Shown here one piece after another: positions 8,470 through 14,573 of a stretch of 36,221 nt of DNA; position 1 is the stretch's first letter, and every line of letters begins with the position of its first letter. Both the position numbers and the translations under genes were made by a program. The stretch comes from a virus: positions 1-36,221 of IMG/VR virus record IMGVR_UViG_3300029775_000009; one strand, given 5' to 3'. Under the pieces are notes generated by a model. It ran no database searches and was not told the origin of the DNA. It saw only the letters and a program-made list of their open reading frames with translations.

Positions 8470-9340
8470 TGTAAATGAAAGAAAGATTACCGCTACAATT
8501 ACTGCTGTATCGCCAATTTCTCATGCTGGATTTTCAGAAGTCAGTACAGGAAATTCTATGATGTTTCGGCGTGTGCCATGCGTATCGCTCCCGGGGTTTC
8601 CGGAAATTCCGGTTGTTTCCGGAAATGCACTGCGCGGAATTATGCGCCGCAGGCTTATGACAGAAGTATATAACAAAGTAGGATTTACATTTGAAAAGTT
8701 TAAAGATGTGTTTTCATCTGAACAGACAGCAAAGCGAGCATGGGATAAACTCTATGCGGCATTATTTTGCGGCGGTACACTTAATGGAAAATTAGAGGAT
8801 ACAACAGACCCTATTGAATTGCGAAAAATAAGAGAACAGTTTCCGGCGCTTTCATTGCTTGGTTCAGCGCTTTATACAAAGATGTTGCCCGGTATGGCAC
8901 AAATTGGCTTTGCTTGGCTGATTTGTGACGAATCAATACGAGGCGAACTTGTAACCAAAACAGATGATACACTTGTGATTAAAGCAGAAGATGCAATCAC
9001 TGAAATTGGTCAGGTAAGGCACATTGACCGTGAAAATGCTGACCCGGAGATAACAGGTGTTACGCCAATGCCGATCACAATTGAATGTCTTGCACCCGGT
9101 GCTTCATTACAATCAAATATTTCGCTTTTGCCGCAGACGACAAGTATAGAAAAATCATGTCTCATTCATGGCTTAAAGCTAATTGACCATATTGGTGGAA
9201 AACTTAGTAGCGGATATGGCGCAGTTAAAATGCATATAACTGAAAACGATGACGACGAATATACAAGCTGGATTAAAGACAGTTCAAACAATGAAACGTT
9301 TGAAAACTTTCTTATTGAGATGGCGAAGGGAATGATTTAA
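8462..9340 (+). CDS. RAMP protein, Cas7-like (Csf2/Csm3-type backbone subunit candidate)
   Basis: 292 aa. Motifs in order: ITATITAVSPISHAG; IPVVSGNALRGIMRRRL (nt 8606-8656), resembling the P-G-S-[SA]-L-[KR]-G-x-[LM]-R motif of Csm3/Cmr4/Csf2; LFCGGTL; FPALSLLGSA; and a C-terminal glycine-rich loop IGGKLSSGYGAV (nt 9191-9226). The gene starts 8 nt inside the upstream gene. Confidence 0.55.
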   Translation: MLNVNERKITATITAVSPISHAGFSEVSTGNSMMFRRVPCVSLPGFPEIPVVSGNALRGIMRRRLMTEVYNKVGFTFEKFKDVFSSEQTAKRAWDKLYAALFCGGTLNGKLEDTTDPIELRKIREQFPALSLLGSALYTKMLPGMAQIGFAWLICDESIRGELVTKTDDTLVIKAEDAITEIGQVRHIDRENADPEITGVTPMPITIECLAPGASLQSNISLLPQTTSIEKSCLIHGLKLIDHIGGKLSSGYGAVKMHITENDDDEYTSWIKDSSNNETFENFLIEMAKGMI

Positions 9341-10044
9341 TGGTATACAAAATCATTTTTCAGATGTTAGCACCTACATGTTTGCGCGGGCATATTCATC
9401 TTGATGCATTACTTTCAGCAGTGAATCCAGCGATGCACAAAAAGCAAACTATTGTAAATTGTATGAGTGCAAAAAATGATAATTTGTTTTCCGCGCCATT
9501 GCCATTGGCTAAAGTAAAAATTCATGACAAGTGGATATGGTGCTGCAGTTCAGAAATTTTGCCTCCGGAAGCAAAAATGTCAACAGAAACATATACAAAG
9601 CGTCGTACACCTGAAGATGTAATGATGTTACAGCGCCGGTTTGTCCGCGGCTCAACAGCCATGCGTGATAGAATGATTAAAAATTCTGTTATACTTACCC
9701 CAACAATCAACTTTTTATGCGCTGCGGATGAAAGGTCAAAGCCATGGCTTGAAAAGCTGGTCAATGACGTATTTGAAATTGGAAGCTTAAGAAAGCAGGG
9801 ATACGGGGAAGTGAAAAGTGTTTCTGTTTGGGAAACAAACTTCGACTGGAAAGACTGTTTACTTTCGCCAAAAGGGAAAGCATTACGCAGAATACCGATA
9901 GAAATGTTGAAATCAGCGTCTTCATGCTCACTTAACACAATAAAACCACCATATTGGATGCACGCGTATGATGAATTTTCAATTGATGTTGGACAAGAGA
10001 TGGAACTGAATCCGGAGGTGGAGTGTACTTGCCACAGTATGTAA
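9340..10044 (+). CDS. RAMP protein, Cas5-like (Csf3-type candidate)
   Basis: 234 aa. It has an N-terminal HIHLDALLSAV (nt 9391-9423) and a glycine-rich loop IGSLRKQGYGEV (nt 9778-9813). Its ATG overlaps the upstream TAA by 1 nt. Confidence 0.45.
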   Translation: MVYKIIFQMLAPTCLRGHIHLDALLSAVNPAMHKKQTIVNCMSAKNDNLFSAPLPLAKVKIHDKWIWCCSSEILPPEAKMSTETYTKRRTPEDVMMLQRRFVRGSTAMRDRMIKNSVILTPTINFLCAADERSKPWLEKLVNDVFEIGSLRKQGYGEVKSVSVWETNFDWKDCLLSPKGKALRRIPIEMLKSASSCSLNTIKPPYWMHAYDEFSIDVGQEMELNPEVECTCHSM

Positions 10045-10709
10045 TTCCGAGGTGTCCGGACAAAAAGAACGAAACTGATATTGAAAATTTGATACCACTT
10101 AACAGGCTTTTTGCTTACCCGTCGGAGCCGTTTCTTCAAAATGGAGGGTACACAATACTTGATAGCGGCGCTTATGGACTATACCAGCGTGGTAGCAGCA
10201 TCAACTTGAACTATATGAAAAAATTAAGTGCACATTATGAAAAATATGCAACTGAAAATGTGTTTTGCGTTGCACCTGATGAATATTTAAATCCAATTGC
10301 TTCCCTGAGTAATTTCATAAGCTGGAAAAATTCAAAACTATTTCAGTCAGTTTGTCCGGTTATACAAAGCTGGCATGAAAAACAAATCGATGAAAATTGT
10401 ATAATGAAGCAAGTAAAATTTTATCGAAAAAATACGAATCAAGATAGAATATTCTTTTCAAATAATGCCCTTACTGCCAGTGAGGCAAGCTTCTTTGGAC
10501 TGAATGAGATATTCAGAAAGATTCATCAAGCAGGGTTTAAGTGGATTCATGATCTTGGCGCAGGGTGGAGTCTTAAAGACATTAAGGAATGGAAAAAATT
10601 CGAGCAGCTGGACAGCATGGACAGTATTGCTTATTACAGCACAAAAAATATAAACGAGTTTGGTTCACTCAATCCATTTGAAAACGTAAAATCAATCTGT
10701 CGATTGTAA
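10023..10709 (+). CDS. tRNA-guanine transglycosylase / DpdA-like (TGT superfamily) enzyme candidate
   Basis: 228 aa. Four motifs occur in the order found in TGT enzymes (DSGGFQ ... FDEC ... [LM]GVG ... DxFD). They are ILDSGAYGL (D47, nt 10161), VAPDEY (D86), IHDLGAGW (aa 175-182) and LDSMDS (aa 196-201). The GTG start at 10023 (GGAGG at 10014-10018) overlaps the upstream gene by 22 nt; TTG 10029 is an alternative start. Confidence 0.5.
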   Translation: MYLPQYVIPRCPDKKNETDIENLIPLNRLFAYPSEPFLQNGGYTILDSGAYGLYQRGSSINLNYMKKLSAHYEKYATENVFCVAPDEYLNPIASLSNFISWKNSKLFQSVCPVIQSWHEKQIDENCIMKQVKFYRKNTNQDRIFFSNNALTASEASFFGLNEIFRKIHQAGFKWIHDLGAGWSLKDIKEWKKFEQLDSMDSIAYYSTKNINEFGSLNPFENVKSICRL

Positions 10710-10742
10710 AAGTCAAAGCCATAGACAACTGTATGTAACATC

Positions 10743-10782
10743 AAAAAAAAGCCCAACGGAAATTAATTCGTTGGGCTTTTTT
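10743..10782. terminator. Bidirectional rho-independent terminator
   Basis: An A8 run, GCCCAACG (10751-10758), a loop, CGTTGGGC (10769-10776), then a T6 run. It closes the + operon and the convergent minus-strand operon. Confidence 0.8.
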
Positions 10783-10832
10783 ATTTTCCAGAATGGAGAG
10801 ATTAAAAATACAATATTATTATACTATCTGTG

Positions 10833-11246
10833 TCAAGCTTCAGCGCCGTTTGTCAGTCCCATCAAAAACGCAGTACGTGCCGTATCAATGTCTTTTGAGC
10901 CTTTGCAAATTTCTAGCGGGGCATCGGATTTACTGATTAGGCGTTTTAAAAGTAACGACTCAAATTCGCTTGAATCTTTATGCTGCACGTCAATGAGCTG
11001 ATTGAAAAACGCATGTTCACTTTTTTTCAATCCTGCTGCCTTTGCTGCCGCTATTCCAGCGTTATACATTTCTTCTTTCATTTGTAGCTCTCCTTTTTTC
11101 GCTTTAATATATGGTTCTTCCGAGTCAATGACCCAGTTTCGCCCAATTTTTTTGGCGGTTTTGAACCCGCCACGGCAAGCCTTTTGCCGGACGGAAATTG
11201 CTGCTTTACCGTGTGCAGCTGCGTATTTAGATAGACTAATTAGCAT
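10833..11246 (-). CDS. HTH DNA-binding protein (Aca-like position)
   Basis: 137 aa. The N-terminus ISLSKYAAAHGKAAISVRQKACRGGFKTAKKIGRNWVI resembles excisionase/MerR-type HTH domains. It is the second gene of a two-gene minus-strand operon. Confidence 0.5.
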   Translation of the reverse strand: MLISLSKYAAAHGKAAISVRQKACRGGFKTAKKIGRNWVIDSEEPYIKAKKGELQMKEEMYNAGIAAAKAAGLKKSEHAFFNQLIDVQHKDSSEFESLLLKRLISKSDAPLEICKGSKDIDTARTAFLMGLTNGAEA

Positions 11247-11650
11247 TTTAAGTCCTCCAACTCATCAACTTTTTCAAGCTCTACTTCGTAAAATCCCATT
11301 TCCTCAAAATCTTCGTCGGAAGAAACAGAGATTATTTTTAGCTTAGTTTCTGCTGGAAGCAGACATTCTCCTTCGGACTCGCAGCCACCCGCATCCAGCA
11401 CGTCACATTCTTCGTCATTATCATAGTCTACTTTGTGACATTCGATGTCATCAACGTACAAAACATATTCTACAGAATTTTTAAGTTCTGGGTAAAAGTC
11501 TTCCGTACCGTCTGGGCCCATCCAGCTTTCTGCTTTTCCGCGATTATCATAAATATCTCCAGCTTTGAAAGCGCCTTTATAATTAAGCGTTATAATTCTC
11601 GCAAGGTCCGCTTTACAGTTAATTTTATTTGCAATTTCATTCTTTGTCAT
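11240..11650 (-). CDS. Acidic, Cys-containing hypothetical protein (anti-defence candidate)
   Basis: 136 aa with RBS AAGGAAGGAAG. The C-terminal half is very rich in D/E. It is the first gene after a consensus promoter. Confidence 0.5.
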   Translation of the reverse strand: MTKNEIANKINCKADLARIITLNYKGAFKAGDIYDNRGKAESWMGPDGTEDFYPELKNSVEYVLYVDDIECHKVDYDNDEECDVLDAGGCESEGECLLPAETKLKIISVSSDEDFEEMGFYEVELEKVDELEDLKC

Positions 11651-11682
11651 TTTGATTACTTCCTTCCTTAATTTCTATATTT

Positions 11683-11711
11683 ATTATACATCTATATCGA
11701 TGTATTGTCAA
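11683..11711 (-). promoter_or_regulatory. Consensus sigma-70 promoter with an inverted repeat in the spacer
   Basis: The minus strand reads TTGACA (11711-11706), a 17-nt spacer, then TATAAT (11688-11683). The spacer contains TACATC-N6-GATGTA. Confidence 0.7.
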
Positions 11712-11858
11712 TACTTTTTTGAAAATATTTTAAAAAAAATCCGCTCTGACCTCCCCGGCGGTGTCAAAGCAGAATTCGAGTCGCATTTGATGTTTAAAAC
11801 GGTGTATTCGTGGTATTGACGCGAGTACTAAAGTACAGCATTCTGTACTCAAAAAGGC

Positions 11859-11898
11859 AGAAAAAATGCGGCCTCACGGGAAAATCCCATGAAACCGC
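11859..11898 (-). terminator. Rho-independent terminator of the RHH operon
   Basis: Minus-strand RNA GCGGUUUCAUGGG-AUUUUC-CCGUGAGGCCGC forms a 13-bp stem with G-U pairs, followed by AUUUUUUCU. Confidence 0.7.
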
Positions 11899-12024
11899 AC
11901 TTTCTAATTCTTTCCGCATTTGTGAACAGTCCATCATTGTATATAGATTTCAGATTCAGTAAAATTCTGCTCTCTTAACCTTTCTTTCGCCGGAAGGCAT
12001 ACGATGTCTGTAAGCAGCATATCG

Positions 12025-12204
12025 TTACTTCTCCCGGATATACTTTTCTGCGAACTCTCTAATAAGAGTATTCACGGTTGTTCCGTTTTCGTATGCTTTC
12101 CAGCGAAACGCTTCCGCAATATCGGCCCGCATTGAAGCACTTATGTGCCCCATATGTTTTGCATCCCAGCGCTGAGACGCCCTCTTTTGTGCTTCACTTT
12201 TCAT
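12025..12204 (-). CDS. Ribbon-helix-helix protein (59 aa, not in the ORF track), paralogue-like of 7173..7382
   Basis: My translation of the minus strand gives MKSEAQKRASQRWDAKHMGHISASMRADIAEAFRWKAYENGTTVNTLIREFAEKYIREK*. RBS AAAGGAGGTG. The layout matches the 7173 protein (K-rich N-terminus, beta-strand, ..A...G.T.N.[LF]I...I.E). Confidence 0.6.
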   Translation of the reverse strand: MKSEAQKRASQRWDAKHMGHISASMRADIAEAFRWKAYENGTTVNTLIREFAEKYIREK

Positions 12205-12347
12205 TTAAGCACCTCCTTTATAACCCTGCAATTCCACGACAGCTGCAATTCTTCCATGCTCGTTCCACACTGCATTGGCAGGAATGGATACACCGCTCCT
12301 GCCGGTGCTGCCGGCTTTTTAATTTTGTACTTTTGCTCTGCCATCAT
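12201..12347 (-). CDS. Possible 48-aa ORF coupled by an ATGA overlap to the RHH gene
   Basis: MMAEQKYKIKKPAAPAGAVYPFLPMQCGTSMEELQLSWNCRVIKEVLK*. Its stop overlaps the RHH ATG. There is no convincing RBS. Confidence 0.25.
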   Translation of the reverse strand: MMAEQKYKIKKPAAPAGAVYPFLPMQCGTSMEELQLSWNCRVIKEVLK

Positions 12348-12405
12348 CGGTGCTGGTGGAGCGGTTCCAGCAGACGCCCTTACGGGCGTTTCGGCTTGTA
12401 CTCCA

Positions 12406-12696
12406 TTATCCCATCTCGTCCTCTTCGACCTTCCGAATCACGTTCCTGTTTTCGTCTACCCATACCGGCGTAAAGTCTTGCAGGTGGTCCTCGTTGAAAT
12501 AGTCCTCCTCAGTTTCCTTTTCTGCTTCTTCGAGTGTCATACCCTCGTCCATAAGGCCCTCAATTTCATACCATAGCGTCCCGTTTTCACCTAGCGCAAA
12601 CTGTTCTTTCAAGTATTTTTTGTCGCTCTCGATGATTTCATCTTGACTAAAAATAACACCAGTATAATTGTTTTCGTACATGATTTCCTTTTTCAT
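12406..12696 (-). CDS. Highly acidic small protein (anti-defence / DNA-mimic candidate)
   Basis: I start it at ATG 12696 (GGAGG at 12709-12705, 8-nt spacing) rather than 12711. It is 96 aa and very rich in E/D (..EEAEKETEEDYFNEDHLQDF..EEDEMG). Confidence 0.55.
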   Translation of the reverse strand: MKKEIMYENNYTGVIFSQDEIIESDKKYLKEQFALGENGTLWYEIEGLMDEGMTLEEAEKETEEDYFNEDHLQDFTPVWVDENRNVIRKVEEDEMG

Positions 12697-12739
12697 TTTT
12701 GTTTCCTCCATTTTTTGTTTATCTCTTGACTACTCTTAT

Positions 12740-12768
12740 ATTATATACTGTATACAGTATAAAGTCAA
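12740..12768 (-). promoter_or_regulatory. Consensus sigma-70 promoter with an 18-bp perfect palindrome
   Basis: The minus strand reads TTGACT (12768-12763), a 17-nt spacer, then TATAAT (12745-12740). The palindrome TATACTGTATACAGTATA (12744-12761) fills the spacer and overlaps the -10. Confidence 0.7.
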
Positions 12769-12897
12769 GCGTTTTTACAAAAAAGATGAATTATTTTTGT
12801 AATCAAAAAGTAGTCAAAAGGTAGTCAAAGACCAAAAAGAGTAAAAAGAAACCGCACAGCCAAACCTAAAAAACGGCTTAACCATGCGGTTTTTCTT

Positions 12898-12947
12898 TGG
12901 AGCTGCTGGGCGGGCTCGAACCGCTGACCTCTTGACTGCCAGTCAGG
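12898..12947 (-). other. tRNA 3'-terminal fragment (T-arm, acceptor 3' strand, CCA): candidate attP core
   Basis: The minus strand reads ..AGCGG-TTCGAGC-CCGCC-CAGCAGC-T-CCA, i.e. a GTTCGAGCC T-loop context and a CCA end at 12898. No matching 5' acceptor strand (GCTGCTG) or D-arm lies upstream. A hairpin plus T-run follows downstream (12842-12897, minus strand). Confidence 0.5.
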
Positions 12948-12990
12948 TCGTCAATCTCCAGAAAATCCGCATTGCAAAGCCATTTTTCAA

Positions 12991-13209
12991 CTATGAATTT
13001 TGTTTTGACTGACTGCTTGACTGACTAGCAAATAATTTTTGTATTTTTTCATCTGCCATTTCTTCTATTTTATTTGATGGGATATTATTTATTATGCCAC
13101 CTTCATATTTTTGAACAGTTTGTTTACTAACACCGATTTTTTTGAGCTACTTCTGCCAGGGTTAACCCAGCAGAAGATCTATACTTTTTAATATTATCTT
13201 TGAGCGACA
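12991..13209 (-). pseudogene. XRE-family HTH gene disrupted by two compensating frameshifts
   Basis: The ATG frame (start 13209) gives MSLKIILKSIDLLLG*. The next frame reads ..DNIKKYRSSAGLTLAEVAQKNRC*. After a T7 run (13137-13143, A7 on the minus strand) the first frame resumes with IGVSKQTVQKYEGGIINNIPSNKIEEMADEKIQKLFASQSSSQSKQNS*. Joined, these read as a canonical XRE HTH. Confidence 0.6.
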
Positions 13210-13298
13210 TGTTCTTTCCCCTTTATTTAATGCTGATTGTATTACACCACATTTAGCGTATTAAGCAACATTTTTTTAGAAAAAAGCTAAAAAGTCTA

Positions 13299-13327
13299 TT
13301 GATAAGCGAAAGCACAAGCGATATAAT
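13299..13327 (+). promoter_or_regulatory. Consensus early promoter with AAGCGA repeats
   Basis: TTGATA (13299-13304), a 17-nt spacer, then TATAAT (13322-13327). The spacer is AGCGAAAGCACAAGCGA, and a further AAGCGA lies at 13339-13344. Confidence 0.65.
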
Positions 13328-13366
13328 AGTAGCGTAATAAGCGATTCACAGAAAGAAGGTGAAAAA

Positions 13367-13576
13367 ATGATTGCAGTAAATGAACTAAAAGGCAAAATTG
13401 TTGCAAAAGGTTTTACGCAAGAACAAGTAGCTAAAATGTTAGGGATTAGTGCAAATACTTTTCGCAAGCGGCTTTCTCGTGGGGTGTTAGGGTCAGACGA
13501 AATCGAAAAGCTAATCAAAATTCTTGATATTGAAGATCCAATGGCTATATTTTTTTGTGAAAAAGCCGCCTGTTAA
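13367..13576 (+). CDS. Small HTH regulator (Cro-like)
   Basis: 69 aa with RBS AAGAAGGTG. The HTH is GFTQEQVAKMLGISANTFRKRLSRG. Confidence 0.6.
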   Translation: MIAVNELKGKIVAKGFTQEQVAKMLGISANTFRKRLSRGVLGSDEIEKLIKILDIEDPMAIFFCEKAAC

Positions 13577-13641
13577 GTGACTAATCTCCGCACCAAATCC
13601 GCTTAAAAAAAGAAAGGAAAAATTTACAAGGAGGCACCATA

Positions 13642-14367
13642 ATGAACGATTTAACAGTATTCAACCGTGGCGGTCAGCTTTACACTGACAGCCGCGACGT
13701 TGCAAAAATGGTTGGAAAAGACCATGCGCACCTTATGCGTGACATCAAAAAATACGTTGGTGTTTTAACTCGATCCAAAATTGGTTTCAGTGATTTCTTT
13801 ATAGAATCCACTTATAAAGACCCTACTGGACGTACTCTTCCCTGTTACCTTATCACAAAAAAGGGCTGTGAATTTGTTGCGAATAAGCTGACTGGCGAAA
13901 AAGGAATTTTGTTCACGGCTACATATATAAATGCCTTTCACAAGATGGAAGATACCATCAAGCAGCTGCCAGCCGCTCAGCCAGAGGATTACAAGCTTAT
14001 CCGTGCTAAAGCCATGGGTCTCAATGCAAAAACAAAAGCTTTCAAGGCTATTATGACCGCCGCAAAAGACAAGCAGCTGTCTGCAGTAGCTGCACAGGTG
14101 TATGGCATCAAGGGCATGGAAAACCTGGCCGGGGAGGGAATTGGCGCACTGCCAGAAACCGGCCCGCTGTACACCGCAACGGAGATTGCAAATGCGCTGC
14201 ATACAACTGCCGCAAAAGTTGGGAAAGTTGCTAATGCAAATAATCTCAAAACAGATGAATATGGTATCTGGGCGCTAGACAAATCCAGATACAGCGGCAA
14301 ACAGGTAAACAGCTTTCGCTATAATCAGCACGGCAAAGACAAGCTGAAAGAGCTTTTCGACGCTTAG
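13642..14367 (+). CDS. Rha-family phage regulatory protein / antirepressor
   Basis: The N-terminus MNDLTVFNRGGQLYTDSRDVAKMVGKDHAHLMRDIKKY is typical of Phage_pRha. RBS AAGGAGG. Confidence 0.75.
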   Translation: MNDLTVFNRGGQLYTDSRDVAKMVGKDHAHLMRDIKKYVGVLTRSKIGFSDFFIESTYKDPTGRTLPCYLITKKGCEFVANKLTGEKGILFTATYINAFHKMEDTIKQLPAAQPEDYKLIRAKAMGLNAKTKAFKAIMTAAKDKQLSAVAAQVYGIKGMENLAGEGIGALPETGPLYTATEIANALHTTAAKVGKVANANNLKTDEYGIWALDKSRYSGKQVNSFRYNQHGKDKLKELFDA

Positions 14368-14470
14368 AGAAAGGACTGGTATAAATGCTTGTTCACTATT
14401 ATACGTTTTGTGAAACGTGCGCGGCTTTAAAAAAATCTTCCAGTGGATTAAAGAAGATGCTTGCAGAGGG

Positions 14471-14497
14471 AAAAAAGTCGCTCCCTACACGGGAGCG
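14471..14497 (-). terminator. Rho-independent terminator downstream of the repressor gene
   Basis: Minus-strand CGCUCCC-GUGUA-GGGAGCG (14497-14479) followed by ACUUUUUU. Confidence 0.7.
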
Positions 14498-14573
14498 TGG
14501 ATTGAAATCTTTGTAGCTCCCTTGCTAACTGAAAAAAGCATTTTCATCTCAGGATTTTTCCGCAGACTATCAA

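Noticed and set aside
11240-11650. ADP-ribosyltransferase-like motif (ESEGECLLPAETKLKIISV resembles the ExE ... LLPRG strand of ARTs).
   Set aside because: I see no convincing upstream Arg (YRG) or STS motifs, and the protein (136 aa) is short for an ART domain. I keep it as an acidic hypothetical protein.
12078-12576. Plus-strand ORFs 12078-12473 and 12145-12576.
   Set aside because: They overlap each other and are antisense to the better-supported minus-strand RHH and acidic-protein genes. They have no RBS and Pro/Leu/Ser/Cys-rich translations.
12744-12761. The palindrome TATACTGTATACAGTATA as a LexA/SOS box.
   Set aside because: It contains CTGT..ACAG, but the spacing is shorter than the E. 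coli CTGT-N8-ACAG box and it does not match the Gram-positive CGAAC-N4-GTTCG box. It is more likely the operator of the operon's own RHH protein.
12898-12947. Calling this a functional tRNA gene (an anticodon-loop-like CTGGCAG would give GGC).
   Set aside because: There is no 5' acceptor strand or D-arm. The putative anticodon stem and the T-stem each contain a mismatch. The acceptor/discriminator does not fit tRNA-Ala identity. It is treated as a 3' fragment only.
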